The notes: generated by a model from the sequence alone, not told the origin. A DNA stretch of 64,000 nucleotides from Octopus bimaculoides (GCF_001194135.2 NC_068987.1:25915018-25979017); one strand, 5' to 3'. Shown: positions 12,000 to 26,326, counted from the stretch's first letter. Numbers and translations are program-made.

Positions 12000-12999
12000 G
12001 TGACTTTGGAAGAGTACATCCAATTATATCCTAAATGTTCTTCCATACATATTTATTTCATTTTGTATGTATGTGTATGTATATATATATATATATATAT
12101 ATTTACTTTTATTCTTTTACTTGTTTCAGTCATTTGAATGCAGCCATACTAGAGCACCACCTTTAGTTGAGTAAATTGACCCCAGGACTTATTTTTTGTA
12201 GGCCTAGCACTTATTCTATTGGTCAATTTTTGCTGAACCGCTAAGTTACAGGGACACAAACACACCAGCATCGGTTGTCAAGCAGTGTTGGGAGGACAAA
12301 CACACACACACACACATACATGTATATGGTGTTTTTTACGTGCCACCTGCACAGGAGCCAGTCCAGCGGCACTGGCAACGACCTCACAGTGGGCTTCTTT
12401 CAGTTTCCGTCTACCAAATTCATCTTTCAGTGTAGACAAATTAAGTACAAGTCAAGGGCAGATTTGTTAGAGTATCAGATGAGATACCTTGTAATTTTTG
12501 GACTCCTAGTATTCTAAAGGCAATGCTTGAATCAGATTGTATCAGTTTTTGCCTTTCATTAAGCAAACCTTGCTGGCTTGAGAGAGGAGAATCACATGTA
12601 TGGGCAAATGCTGGTCTTCTATACCATAACCTTCCTAGGCTTTAGAGAGGAACTTGTGAGACACACACAGGCTCCTGGATAACCTGGGACAGAATGAGCA
12701 ATAGGCTCCATTGACAAGATACATAACAACTATATTAGTCAGTTTTTCTTTGTTGTGTATGTTATAATGAGGAGTTTAGCAAGGAGATCCAATCGACCTA
12801 TGCCAGTATAGATAAAAAAAAAACAAGCAATTTATACACATTGACATTGATAGTTAGATAGCTGGCTAGACAGATACATTGATAGATATTCATCATCATT
12901 GTTTTTATATGATATGTCATGCTAGCATAGGTTGTTTTAGATGAGACTTTTTGTGGCAGTATTTTATGGTCAGATACCCTTCATGAAGCCAATTCTTAA

Positions 13000-13208
13000 C
13001 CCTTTAGCATTCAGATTATTCTGTCAAATATAATGATTGTTTATTCACGTTGTTTTGCTTTAACCATGCATCGTCTTATAACTTTCAGATTTTTATGAGA
13101 TTACTGTTAATTTTTAGAATGATACTGTAGGGTAGGTGTGATTGGGCCAGATCTGGCTAGTTTGAACATAAAACAGGTAGAATATTTTGGCTGGATATGG
13201 CTAAAGGG
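13000..13208. mobile_element. TTAA-flanked MITE (piggyBac-like ends)
   Basis: TTAA|CCCTTTAGC ... GCTAAAGGG|TTAA: TTAA on both sides and 9-bp TIRs starting CCC. Confidence 0.75.
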
Positions 13209-14252
13209 TTAATTGCCTGTTACATGTATGGATACAATGTAGCTATTCTAAAAACCAGGATACACACACACACGCATATCATCATTGTCTTCATTTTTAT
13301 ACCTGCTTTCCATGTTAGCATGTGTTGGACTAAGTCATCACAGTTTGAGTCGGTTTTTATTTTGAGCTACTGGGTGGGAGTCGGTGGGGCATGTCACTTG
13401 TACGTTGCATTTGGGTTTATTTTCTGCATGTGGATGCCCTTATCATCAACCACTTATCAAAATGTACTGGGTGCATGTTATCATACCACTAACACTAAAG
13501 GGGTTGTCATAATCCCAACAGGACAAGATCTAAGGGTCCTCTCGACATTATGTTATTCTTCACTGGTCCCACAACCACTTTGCACAGTGTATAAGGTGCA
13601 TTTTGTCATGGTACCAGCTTGAGGAATTCATTGATATGTATTGAACCGGTAAGGGAGGCCCCTATGATCATTCAACCTACAAGAAAAAGCAACCAAATTT
13701 TCCTCACATCACACTGTAAAAATACAATAGTCTGTATCATAGCTCTAGACTTCTTTTACTCACATGTCTGTTCATTCAGGGTTGATTTGGGGTTAAATAA
13801 CAACAACATTAATATGAATGTTAAAGACTTGTTATGTCATCTTATTTCTTGATGATAAATAGTTATGTATTTTGTAACCTGAGTCTTGAAACTCTGATAT
13901 TTTTCACTGAGAAAATGTGCCATTTTGGCTGGGAGGACATAAAAGAAACTAAAAAAAAATCTTGTTTAACTATAGGTCAGATCTAATCAGACAACTGTAT
14001 GATAAAAGGCAATCCAGCCTTGATCATCCCAATTACTTATATATTTAGGACTGCACTGACCAATATGTCCTTTCTGCTTTAAGATGGTAGGGTGTAATTT
14101 GAGAGAATTTGGCAGTTATTACTAGCTTTCTAGCAGGTTGAGCAATTACATAGAGGTTCCTTTTGACTCAGTTTGACTCAGACTGATCAGTGAAACCGTC
14201 TGACCCATGCCAGCATGGAAAGCAGATACTAAATGATGATGATCTATATATA

Positions 14253-15629
14253 CACCCAGACCATGCTAATAGCTTATGAGTGAAATTTAGGATTTCTCAG
14301 TTTTCTGTGAATTGATTTTGAAAAAACTTTTCCCAGCTGGTTTGCACACTATGGCAGCACCATTGTTATGTTTTTTGTTATTCTGTGTAATGTCCTTTCT
14401 TTTTTATTTCAGATTCTTCAGTTTTTGGGTGAACCATACTAATAACGTTTCTCCTCTCTAAGAACATTGGGGCATGGAAAAGTCCTTAATGATGAAGAAA
14501 AGTCTGTCATCATCAAGGAAAGTACTAAAGGCACCTCTCTTCATGTCATTGCGGAAAAGTTAGGTCATCATGTGAACACGATTAGATGATTCCTGTAGGA
14601 CCCTTTGCCAAGGAAGAAATGATCTGATTGTGGGACCTCCAAGACTGTGACAGCTAGAGATTTAAGGAATATTGGCCACAAATTATGTGGGAAACTTGGA
14701 CGAACAAGCAAAGCCATGTTCACCAACTCCGGACTTCCTCATGTACTGAATTCGCATCCTCAGGACTATGGCTTCTGTGTGAGAACTCCTGAAACTGCCT
14801 CCTTTAACACCCCATAACAGGAGTTTGAGGCTTCAATGGGCCCAAAAGTATATGACGTTAGACATAAGTTGTGTTCTGTTCACTGATGAAACCAGGGTGA
14901 CCCTTGACAGACCTGACAGTTGGGCAAATGGTTGGGTCTATTTTGGAGATGAGCATCACCAATGTTTACTATGTCAACAACAGGGTGGAGGAGTCGTTGT
15001 GGGCTGGTATCATTGAGGACAGACTTGTTGGCCCATTCAAGATGCCTGAAGGGGTTAAAGTAATTGCAGCTGCCTACTGCAATCTCCTTCAAGAGGTCTT
15101 GGATCCCTGGCTAGATGACATTCTAATGAATCTCATATTCATGCATGACAACACTCCCTCCCACTCTGCTAGGACCACCCAAACATTTCTAGAGTCTTAC
15201 GGCATACAAGGTAAATGATGGTGTGGCCGCCAGCATCTCTGGATCTGAACCCTATTGAAAACCTTTGGTCCGTCATTAAACAGGATGTTTATGCTGATGG
15301 ATGCCAATTTACATTGAAAGATGTCTTATGGGCAACCATCAAAGCTGCAGCAGAGGCAGTCTAACCTGCTACTATTAAGAAATTGACAGATTCCATAGCT
15401 AATGGGGTTCTTGAAGTTATCTGTCAAAATGGCGCTCATGTGGCAAAATAATTCATTATGTCAATAAATGTTTTATTATTATGGTTTTCTGTTAAATATA
15501 TACTCAATGTATGCTTACTATGTATCCTCACTCTTTGTTTTCTGAAAAAAATGTCTAGATGAGTTATTTTTATTCAAACGCTATTAGCATGGTTCACCCC
15601 AAAACTAAAGAATCTGAAATAAAAAAGAA
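14253..15629 (+). mobile_element. Decayed Tc1-family transposon (DD37E/TRT-like) with about 200-bp IR/DR-type TIRs; right end lost in a gap
   Basis: TA|CACCC start inside (TA)n. 14397-14450 is an inverted match to 15576-15629. The motif accat(g/a)ctaata(g/a)c occurs at both ends of the left TIR. Confidence 0.85.
14467..15451 (+). pseudogene. Tc1-like transposase pseudogene
   Basis: Motifs RLQWAQKY, LFTDETRVTLDRPDSW, WAGIIEDRLVGPF, FMHDNTPSH and WPPASLDLNPIENLW, interrupted by multiple stops and frameshifts. Confidence 0.9.
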
Positions 15630-16297
15630 NNNNNNNNNNNNNNNNNNNNNNNNNNNNNNNNNNNNNNNNNNNNNNNNNNNNNNNNNNNNNNNNNNNNNNN
15701 NNNNNNNNNNNNNNNNNNNNNNNNNNNNNNNNNNNNNNNNNNNNNNNNNNNNNNNNNNNNNNNNNNNNNNNNNNNNNNNNNNNNNNNNNNNNNNNNNNNN
15801 NNNNNNNNNNNNNNNNNNNNNNNNNNNNNNNNNNNNNNNNNNNNNNNNNNNNNNNNNNNNNNNNNNNNNNNNNNNNNNNNNNNNNNNNNNNNNNNNNNNN
15901 NNNNNNNNNNNNNNNNNNNNNNNNNNNNNNNNNNNNNNNNNNNNNNNNNNNNNNNNNNNNNNNNNNNNNNNNNNNNNNNNNNNNNNNNNNNNNNNNNNNN
16001 NNNNNNNNNNNNNNNNNNNNNNNNNNNNNNNNNNNNNNNNNNNNNNNNNNNNNNNNNNNNNNNNNNNNNNNNNNNNNNNNNNNNNNNNNNNNNNNNNNNN
16101 NNNNNNNNNNNNNNNNNNNNNNNNNNNNNNNNNNNNNNNNNNNNNNNNNNNNNNNNNNNNNNNNNNNNNNNNNNNNNNNNNNNNNNNNNNNNNNNNNNNN
16201 NNNNNNNNNNNNNNNNNNNNNNNNNNNNNNNNNNNNNNNNNNNNNNNNNNNNNNNNNNNNNNNNNNNNNNNNNNNNNNNNNNNNNNNNNNNNNNNNN

Positions 16298-16350
<53 letters not shown>

Positions 16351-19117
16351 ATATATATGTGTGTGTGTAATCATTTTATATTTATTGATTTTTACTTGTA
16401 AAATGAAATAGATGTAAAAAAAAAATTTTAATTTGTAAATTGTCAAGAAACTGTCCTAGACACAGGAGTGGTTGTGTGCTAAGCAGCTTGCTTCCCAACC
16501 ATATGGTTCTGGGTTCAGTCCTACTGCATGACACTTTAGGCAAGTGTCTTCTACTGTAGCCTCAGGCTGATCAAAGCCTTGTGGTGAATTTGGTAGGTGG
16601 AAACTGAAAGAATCCTGTTGTGTGTGTATATATATATATATAGATAGATAGATATAGATAGATAGATTAAAGTAAGAATGAACAAGCAAAATGTTTGCCA
16701 TCATTTGAAAAAGACATTTAATTTAAATAGAGAATATAAACATATAGAGTCTGTGGATCATGATATAGAGTAAGGATTGCATAAGTTGAATAACCTGTTA
16801 TCAGTGAGGGAGAAGTCAGAGAGATGTGTTACTTCACGTCAGTTGACAAAAACTCCTTATATACTCTCCCTATATATATATGTGTGTGTGTGGGGATGCA
16901 TGTCTGTATTTGTCCCCTACACCACTTGACAACTGGTGTTGATGTATCTACCTCCTTTGTGACTTTGCAGTTTGACAAAAGAGCCCAATAGAGTAAATAC
17001 CAGGCTTAAAAATATAAATTTAAAACGTCCTGGGATCGATTCATTTGACTAAAATTCTTCAAGGCAGTGCCCCAGCATGGTCACAGTCTAATGATTGAAG
17101 CAAATAAATTAATAAACCTTTTGTGGGACAATGCTTGTTATATATATTGGATGATATTAAAAAGTTTGGTGCAGAATTGATAGAATTATGTACTGAGTTT
17201 ATCTAGAGTAAGTTTTTACTCAAGTACTGCTTATTCTTCTGAACGAAGACATAGCTGGTGTTTAAGAAGTTTGTTTTGCAACTATATAGTTCAAGGTTTA
17301 ATCCAACTGCATGTCCACTTGGACATTTATTTATGAATAAATTGGATCTAGGAATATTCATCATCATCATCATCATCATTATCATTTAACACCCATTTTC
17401 CATGCTGGCATGGGTTGGGTGGTTTGACTAGAACTAGCAAGCTGGAGAGCTGCACTAGATTCCTGTCTGATTTGGCTTGGTTTCTACAGCTAATTGCCCT
17501 TCCTAATGCCACCCACTTCGCAGTGCGTACTGGGTGCTTTTAACTTGGCACCACCACAGGACTCTTGCAGGCCAATTCTCTTCTTCAGAGGGAGTGGCTT
17601 TAACAGTGGCAGCAGTGCTAGGAAAGTTGCCGTGTCTTCAATAAGTTCAAAGGGATCTACCAGTTCCACACTTAACACAATGTATTGGGTGATTTTTAAT
17701 GTGATTTCAGAACTACATATGATAGGGGTGAGAGTGTGGTGGATAGCAAGAGGGGAATAAATGGTTAGATGTGTAGCTTCAGTTTGTTGTTGTTTGTTAA
17801 CTTTTGGTCAACATTAAGTGAACAGACATATGCTTAAAAGTATTCCACCTCCTTTTTAAGCATATGAAGGACTATGTTATTTAACATGTCCTTTTATTAT
17901 TTAAGACAGCAGTGTGTGAGTTGAGGTAGATTTAGCTGCTGTTTCTAGCAGATCGAGTTACTACATAGATGCTCTTTGTTGGTTCACATCCAACTGTCCT
18001 CTGCTTCTGTCTTCATAATTTCTCTCACAATGTTTTAACTGAACCAAAGCTAGAGAAAACACTTGCCCACAGTGCCTTGCAGTGGAATTGAACCCTGTAT
18101 TATTTGTCTGTCTGTCTGGTAGTTTTACTATCAATCCTGCTATGATACACAGCTATTTTTTTTTTTCAAATTAAACCCACTTGTTTCTCCTGCTTCTTTT
18201 TTCCTCACACCAAGGGCCATCTCAGCAGTATTATAGATTTCTCCAGACAAATCAGTGTGCTGAGCCCTATAGTATTTATGTATTGACTGCAAGCCACAGC
18301 ATACATAGATCAGAACTCGGTTCCTAGACACATGAGGCCCCTGGGCAACTACACAGTGTGCCTATGTCTTAAGACAGCTCTCCTTACATCATTCTTACTG
18401 TTTGTTGCTCTACACCCCACCCCCCATCCACCCCACACCTTCACACACATTACAAACACTAGAGTGAATATTTTACCCAGCCCTTCACCATCAGAACATT
18501 CTTTTTTTTTTGTTCAATAATACTGGAGGAAGGGGCAATGCCCATGGCCTTGCAGGCTCTCCTAGATTGATGTCATTAATATTCTTCTTGAACCTGTTCA
18601 TCTAACACCCACCCTGCCACTACTATATCGCCACTAGTTTAGTTGTATAATGACAATATTAACCCCATTTCAGGGTGGCGAGTTGGTGGAATCGAAATGC
18701 TTAACAGTATTTCATCTGCCTTTATGTTCTGAGTTCAAATTCCTCTGAGGTCGACTTTGCCTTTCGTCCTTTCAGGGTTAATTCAATAAGTACCAGTTAT
18801 GCACTGGGGATCAATGTAATTACCTTAATCCCTCTGTCTGTCCTTGTTTGTCCTCTCTATGTTTAGCCCCTTGTGGGTAGTAAAGAAATAAATATTAACC
18901 CCAATGTTTTGGGGCGTGGACCCTTCTTTGTTTTCTCCTTTTCCTTTTCAATAAATAAACTGTTAAAATTTCTGTTCAAATTAACTCCATGCATTTCTAC
19001 AATTTATTTCTATTAACTCAATATATTATGAAAGCTAAACTTGGATTGTTACCTTAACTCATGTTTCAAGTATTTGCAGGCCTGCTGTTTCCATATGCCA
19101 TTCATATGTATGTGTGC

Positions 19118-19148
<31 letters not shown>

Positions 19149-19250
19149 CATACACACATGCATATAGGCACAATGATACCAGCATTGTTCACCTAATACT
19201 GCTATCCTAGATAATTATTCCTATTTCTGACACCCAATTCACTATTGCAG

Positions 19251-19295
19251 GAAGCACTACTGAAAGAAGCAACAATTAATCAGGCACTAAATTCT
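19251..19295 (+). CDS. ZRSR2: ZRSR2 exon 5 (EALLKEATINQALNS)
   Basis: ttgcag| acceptor and TCT|GTGAGT donor; 45 nt, phase 0/0. Starts EAL as in the short vertebrate exon (EALQKML). Confidence 0.75.
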
Positions 19296-20502
19296 GTGAG
19301 TATTAACTAACCCATTTTACGTTTTTTGAATTATTATTATTATTTTAGGAGGCTGAAGGTTGTGAGCTGGCAGAATCGTTAGGATGCCAGAGAAAATGCT
19401 GTTGAGCATTTCTCCTGGCTTTGTGTTCTGTGTTCAAATTCCATCAAAATCAACTTAGCATTTAATCCTTACAAGGTCAAGCACAGGAGTCAATATAATC
19501 AACAAGTCCCCTCCCTCAAAATTTCAGGCCTTGTCACTATAGTGTTGACTGTTCCTTCTTGAGCCATCCCTGGATCATAAGGGTCGGTTTCCCAGTTTCA
19601 TTGGCGTATAGGTTCCCCATCTGGACAGGACACAGGTCTGTCGCAGATGAGCTGCTAGATGCAGGAGAAAAGAGTGAGAGAAAGTTGAGGTGAAAGAGTC
19701 AGCAGAAGTTCGACATTACCTTCTGCCAGAGCCATGTGGAGCTTAGGCATTTCGCTAGTGAACACACACATCATCTGGTCTGAGATTCGAACCTGTGATC
19801 CTTCAGCTGTGAGTCTGCTGCTCTAACCACTAGGCCATGTACCGCCACTCTTGTGACTATAGAAGAAAGAATTATTTAGGAGGCTGATAAGGTGAGCCTC
19901 GAAGAAAATACCTTGTGGTATTTAGTTATGTCACTTTGTTTCCATTTCAGATATTACAAAATGAAATAAAAGTCAGTTAAGTGTTGGGGTCCTTAAAATT
20001 GACGAAACAACCTCTTTCTTAAATTGATTGTCTTGCACCTAAGAAAATAGCACTAAAAAGGGTAGATTGGTGGAACTGTTAGAGGCATCAGAAAAATGTC
20101 TGGTTATATTTGTTTTGAGGCTCAAATCCTACTGAGGTCAATGTTGCCTTTCATCTTTTGGAGGTCAATGAAATTGAGTACCAGTCAAATACTAGGGCAA
20201 ATATAAATGACTAAAACCTGCACCCAAATTGCAGGCCTTGTGCCTATTTTAGGAACAATTATTATTACTAAAAGGTAGGTGGATTGGTGGAAATATTGGA
20301 ACATTAGAAAAGATGGCTTATTGTGTTTTGTCCAGCTCTGTATCTTCTGAGTTCAAATCTCACTGTGGTCAGCTTTGTCTTTCATTCTTTCAGGATTGAC
20401 AGAATAAAATACCAGTTAAGTATTACTGAGGGCTGGCCATGTACCTTAACTAGAAGCATCATTACTGGCATTGTTTTAGTTTTAAAATGTTATATTTTAA
20501 CT

Positions 20503-21039
20503 CAGTGGTTCTCAACCAGGGTCCATATAAGATTTTGAGGAGTCCATGCAACAAAGTAGTAAGTTGGGAATCAACAATAGTATTTTAAGGGCTCCTGAAA
20601 AATGTTTGCTTTCGGTGTATGTGTTGCTATGCATTGCAAGAAATGTTAGCACGCCGGGCAAAATGCTTAGCAGTATTTCGTCTGACGCTACGTTCTGAGT
20701 TCAAATTCCGCCAAGGTCGACTTTGCCTTTCATCCTTTTGGGGTCGATTAAATAAGTACCAGTTACGCACTGGGGTCGATATAATCGACTTAATCCGTTT
20801 GTCAGTCCTTGTTTGTCCCCTCTGTGTGTAGTCCCCTGTGGGCAATAAAAAAATAAGAAACAGGTAGGTTTCCTTCTCTGTCTTAATTCAACCTACACAA
20901 GTTAAAGCATGATAAACAATATAGGAATTTTGAAAGAAATATCTGTAAAACTAGTTTTTAAATATTGAATAGCTATGGGGGTCCACCAGGATAAAATAGT
21001 AATCAAAGGGATCCATGAAAAAAAATGGTTGAGAAACCG
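20503..21039. mobile_element. hAT-type MITE carrying an inserted SINE B (about 20640-20860)
   Basis: Left TIR CAGTGGTTCTCAACC; right end GGTTGAGAAACCG. Exact 8-bp TSD TTTTAACT at 20495-20502 and 21040-21047. Confidence 0.75.
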
Positions 21040-21182
21040 TTTTAACTGATAAATATATATATCCAACGAAAACAAAACAAAAAGCATCATGAGCAAACCC
21101 ACTCATTGTAATAATAGTAATAAATGTCTCTTTTTAGATTTTCGTGACTATGTTTAATAAAAGTTGTGTACTGTTTGCAATA

Positions 21183-21629
21183 CAGTAATCCCTTGCCATA
21201 TCACGGACTCAGTACATCGCGGATTTTTCTGGCTAGTATATGTAAATTTATATCGCAGACTCCATGGATTTCTGCAGCCGATAGGTATTTATATTTTGTT
21301 TTAGATTTTAATTATTTCTGTGCTAAAATAAGCATTTTCACGCCTAAAAATTAATTAATAAAAATAGAGTACAGTACTGCACTGTTAACGCATTAATTAA
21401 AATATATTAAAAGAGGACATATGTAGTGTACCATAGATGAGTAAACAAAGAATTGCACATACTGTATGGAAAACGTAATTCGGGAGGCAAGTGTGTGGTG
21501 TTGTTTTGCATTTATAATAAAATAAATATATAACAATGATAAAAATGATAAAAAAAATAAATGCAGTACAGTACTGTTTCCACTTTGCAGATTTAGGATG
21601 TAATACCCGCGATAGGTGAGGGATTACTG
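21183..21629. mobile_element. Tigger/pogo-like MITE
   Basis: TA|CAGTAATCCCTTGCCATATCACGG ... CCGCGATAGGTGAGGGATTACTG|TA: imperfect TIRs and TA TSD. Confidence 0.8.
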
Positions 21630-21770
21630 TATATGACGTTCACTAATTCTTGTTTTTGTTTTATGCCTCATTCACATCACATTCGAAGGGCAGATAACTC
21701 TTTGTATTTATCTGATTCTATTTTCTCTTCTTATTGACATTTCTTAATATTCACCAACTCCATCTTATAG

Positions 21771-21883
21771 GGAGGGCAGTGTTCTCACAATCCACTTGCT
21801 CCAATCAGCTACCATCACCAAAGCAGAGATGTTGAAGTTTGTTCGTTTTTTGCCAAAACTGGTGCATGTCGATTTGGAGAAAG
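21771..21883 (+). CDS. ZRSR2: ZRSR2 exon 6 (GGQCSHNPLAP...VCSFFAKTGACRFGER), first half of CCCH zinc finger 1
   Basis: ttatag| acceptor and AG|GTAAAT donor. CSFFAKTGACRFGER matches the U2AF35/ZRSR2 ZnF1 motif. Confidence 0.95.
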
Positions 21884-22441
21884 GTAAATTTACATTGCAT
21901 TAAATTTGAGCATAATATCATTGTATTCATCGCTTATTCAGACAACTACATACTTTTCATTTTTCAGGCAGAGAGTTATTCATTTAGAATGTTCATTTAG
22001 AAGCATCGCAATATGTGTGAATAAGTCTTCTATAAATGATTTTGTATGTCAATTCAACTATAAATAATAGTTCAACTGCATATATGTTGTTTTATAATAT
22101 TATTACAGTTGATTTCTTTATTCATATATGAAAATATTTCCTTCCTCCTTAATGTTTCATTATCATTCAAGAAATATTTGTGTATTTTGTTAATAAAAAA
22201 TATGGACTGGTAGAATTGCTTGAATGTAGTGGTGGTTGGTTATGTTCTTCTATGCTCGGAGTTCATCTTCTACCCAGGTTCGCATTGTCTTTCTTCTTTC
22301 CAAGATCAGTAAGAATAAATAGCAGGTTCAATGTAATGGACTGTGCCTTAGAAAACAGTGCCCCAGTTTCATTGCAACTCTTGAACTAATAAAAGAACAT
22401 CACTATCCTTTGTGTGTATACATACATACTAAACATTTTTA

Positions 22442-23803
22442 GACCTGGAGAAAGCCTTTGACAGAGTACCTTGCTTCCTCATCCAGTAGTTACTGTGGAA
22501 GCTAAGAGTAGGTGAATGGCTAGAGAGGACCATTCAAACCATATTCAGGGATGCTGTCAGCATGATTAACTCAGAATTAAGAGTTTGGTTGTCATCCCTG
22601 CTTGTTTATTATAGTCCTTCAGGCCATAGCAGAAGAATTTAAGAACAGCTGCCCATGGGAGCTCCGCTTTGCTGGTGACCTTGTTCTTATAACTGAAAAT
22701 GAAATTCCATGTGTGGTTGCAAAATCTGGAATCAGAGCATTTTAAAGTTAACTTAGCAAAAGACTAAAGTTCTAGTATGCAGGTAGACAAATAGAACACT
22801 AATTCTCTCAGGTGAATGGCCCTGCTTCATGTGTAGATATTCCATACAGTGTACTCGGTGCAAAGTATTGACACATAACAGGTCCAGTGAAATCACGGGA
22901 AGGTCAAGAGAGAAAGTAGAATTTATTTGTGATATGTGTGCAGGAGCAATAAAGAATATTTGTCCACGGGAAATAGATATCCTGGAATGCACGGGAGGAG
23001 GCTCCCTAGAAGTAGTAGATAATTTCTGTTACCTTTGTGACCTAATTAGCAGTTAAGGTGGATCTTATGAAAGTATAGTTGCTAAAATAAGAACTGGCTG
23101 AAGAAAGTTCAGAGTGAGAGGCAGATTGTATGATGCCTGAGTACAAACAGCAATGCTACAAGGTTGTGAAACTAGGGCTGTGAATTCAGGAGACCTGCAG
23201 CGTCGCCTTACTGGCACGTTAGAAAATCATTTGAGCAAGGTCATTGTCAGTGCCGCTGGACTGGCTACTGTGCAGGTGGCATGTAAAAAACACCATTTTG
23301 AGCATGGCCATTGCCAGTAGCGTGTGACTGGCCCTCGTGCCGGTGGCACGTAAAAGCACCCACTACACTCTCGGAGTGGTTGGCATTAGGAAGAGCATCC
23401 AGCTGTAGAAACTCTGCCAAATCAGATTGGAGCCTGGTGCAGCCATCCGGTTCACCAGTACTCAATCAAATCATCCAACCCATGCTAGCATGGAAAGCGG
23501 ACGGTAAACGATGATGCTCTGATGGCTGTATGACAAAGTACATATGTGTTAAGAGAAAAATGGAGTATAAGATGTATCAGATGTGTTGTGAAGGAGAGAA
23601 GATTGTGTTGGTATGGTCAAGTGGTGTTGACTGATGAGAACAGCTATATAAAGAAGTTCCAGTTACTAAACATGGAAGGAGCTTGTGCAACAGGTTGAGC
23701 CAGGAAAATGTGAGATGAAGTGGTGAGAACTGGCCTCAAGATGCTTTTGGAGGAGATGACAGATGATTGAGTTGAATGACCCTATGCTGTGCTTGAGAAG
23801 ACC
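22442..23803 (+). mobile_element. Decayed RTE-clade LINE ORF2 fragment, interrupted by a family D insertion (about 23210-23517)
   Basis: DLEKAFDRVP, CPWELRFAGDLVL (decayed YADD), a Cys-rich SIQCTRCKVLTH...FICDMC segment, LEVVDNFCYL and RRLCWYGQV. Confidence 0.85.
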
Positions 23804-24818
23804 AATTCATCTCAGCAGGGTTTAGGTTCTGTCAAGCCTTCCTCCACAACTCATCTTCTGATACCCATTCTTCAATCAGTCTTCTGTAGTACCCTGTTTC
23901 CTTACTTCACTTCCCATCTACTGAACTGATGTTCTCTGCATCCAATTCACTCCCTATCTCTAATCATCTGTCACATTGTTCTCACTCTACCATACTTACC
24001 TACAGATCCCCTATTCCATCTTTTGTTTTCAGCTTGAACTTTGACCTCACATCTCTCTATCTTTCTCTTTCCTGATGGACAATCCTTGTATTTACCTCTT
24101 CATCAAGACACCTTTTCCTATCCCCCTATATCTTACTTTCTTATCCCTTAGTACTGTACTCCATTTAGTTGAAGGTCTTGTCTTGTAGGTACTTGGTAAT
24201 CTCATCAATGCTGGCACCATGGAAACCTAACCCTAATGCAGTGCACTCTGTGAAGTGGTTGGTGTTAGGAAGGGCATCCAGCTGTAGAAACCATCCCAAA
24301 GCAGACACTGGAATTAGACACTGTCTTCTGGCTCAGCTGTTTGTGTCGACCCATCCAATCCATAACAGAATGGCGTGGTGGACATTTAATGATGTCGATG
24401 ATGTAATGTGTGTGTGTGTGTAGCCGCCTGCTGGCAACTTTCTTTGTCTTATAAGGGTAACTACTCAATCTTTGTCTGCTGGTTTCATCCTTTCTCTCTG
24501 TTCTCTGTCTATATCTTTTCTTTTTCTGTTCAGGCTAGTTGTTTACAGTTTATATTGTAACTGTGTGACTGACTTCTTTTGCTGGTCGAAGTTTTACTTT
24601 TGCCTCCTTATTTTGAGTAGTTCTTAATTGTTTATAACTAAACCAGCCAGGAAAATATTATTGAAGCTATCATAAGTGCCATAATTACTTAACATCAGTT
24701 CATTTTTGTTGGGAAAAAATTCAGTGATAAACACTTTGTTTTTCTTACAGTTATTATAATTAAGTAGAACTTAATGTGTTTATATTCATAGAATTAATTA
24801 TGTCTGTATGTATTGTAG

Positions 24819-24922
24819 GTGCTCTCGAAACCATCCTGAACCAGAGGTGTGTACCACTTTAGTTTTTCCTGGAATGTACACTCACATGACATTGGATAAT
24901 GCTCAAGACGACTATGATACTG
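24819..24922 (+). CDS. ZRSR2: ZRSR2 exon 7 (CSRNHPEPEVCTTLVFPGMY...AQDDYDT)
   Basis: ttgtag|G acceptor and G|GTGAAT donor. Completes C-x8-C-x5-C-x3-H and includes the DDYD motif. Confidence 0.95.
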
Positions 24923-25838
24923 GTGAATATATTATCTTGTTATTACTGTCAACACATTGTTCCATGTGTGTCATCGCTGAGTGGTTAAGAGGTTTGCTGC
25001 ACAATCATAAGGTCTTTCCATGCTAGCAACGGCCATGCTCAAAATGGTGTATTTTACATGCCACCTGCACAGGAGCCAGTCCAGCGGCCTCCAATAACAT
25101 ATCTTGGAAACAGGTGAGGGTTGGTGACAGGAAATGCATCTGGCCATAGAAAATCCATCTCGACAAAACTGTCCAACCCATGCAAGCATGGAACAGTGAA
25201 CAAATGATGATGATGATGATATGTTTCCCTTCAGACATTGATTTGCATATGTTTAAACTAAAAATTGACTATATCAGTCTTATCAAAGCCTGCATTCGTA
25301 ATGGGTGCTTGCCCCTCGCTACTTAACTATAGTTAGACCTTATCGGATGAAAGAAGGTTTTTGTTGTTTTCCTGTCAAAATATGAAGTAAACAAATAAGT
25401 GATATCTACATTATCAGTCTATTAGAAAGCAATGATTACTCTTTCTGTTAATCTTACATTACTAATTACATTAATATTACCTTCACGTTGTAAATGGCAG
25501 AGGTCAAAAAGCTCACTTGATCTCATTTTTTAACACACAAATGTACTATTGTAGTGTGATACAAATTATGGAATATGTATTAGTGCACATGAATGTATGT
25601 GTGTATGTGTATATATTTGTTTCAAACAGTCTTGTTTTCAGTTTGGAAAATGGGAAGATAATGTTTTGTCCAGGAAATCCTGGGTAGCTGTATTTAACAA
25701 GACTTGTGGTCTTTTTATTATAACATTATCTTTACTCTCTTAGCTGATCTGGTGCTATTCTACTTGTTGAAGCCTCACCACACACACGCACACATACATA
25801 CATATATATCTATATATATATATATATATATATATACA

Positions 25839-26326
25839 CCGTAAATCCTCGAGTATAGTCCGCCCTTGAGTATAATACGCAGGGGATTTTTAGGGGGCTG
25901 TACCTCTGAAAAACCTAAACCTTGTGTATAATACGCACCCCTTCTCTAACTTGAGTCAAGGAGGTCTATATAACGTCCTTGGTTTGTAAACATATATACG
26001 GTAACATCCTTTATTATTATTGTATTTATAACATAATGCAAACATCTAACTTTTTTGTGCACTTTGTTTGCAGAAAATATAGAAATAACAGCAATAACGT
26101 CAGTGAAAAATAAATATTAAATAAATTGCCTTTACATATTTATCACTATCAGTTACAAGCCCGACATCACAAAATACATCTGAATAAACATTGCCGGACA
26201 GCAAATAGAGACTCGGACATAGCTTAGAAAATATTTTTCATTTTTAACCTCGTATATAGTACGTACTAAGGATTTTGACCTTTAAATTTTGGGGAAAAGA
26301 TGCGGATTATACTCGAGGATTTATGG
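25839..26326. mobile_element. Tc2/pogo-like MITE inserted in (TA)n
   Basis: 25-bp TIRs CCGTAAATCCTCGAGTATAGTCCGC and reverse-complement CCATAAATCCTCGAGTATAATCCGC (2 mismatches); TA at the right end and CA at the left. Confidence 0.85.

Noticed and set aside
15559-16446. 280-290 aa ORFs
   Set aside because: They consist almost entirely of N gap and microsatellite.
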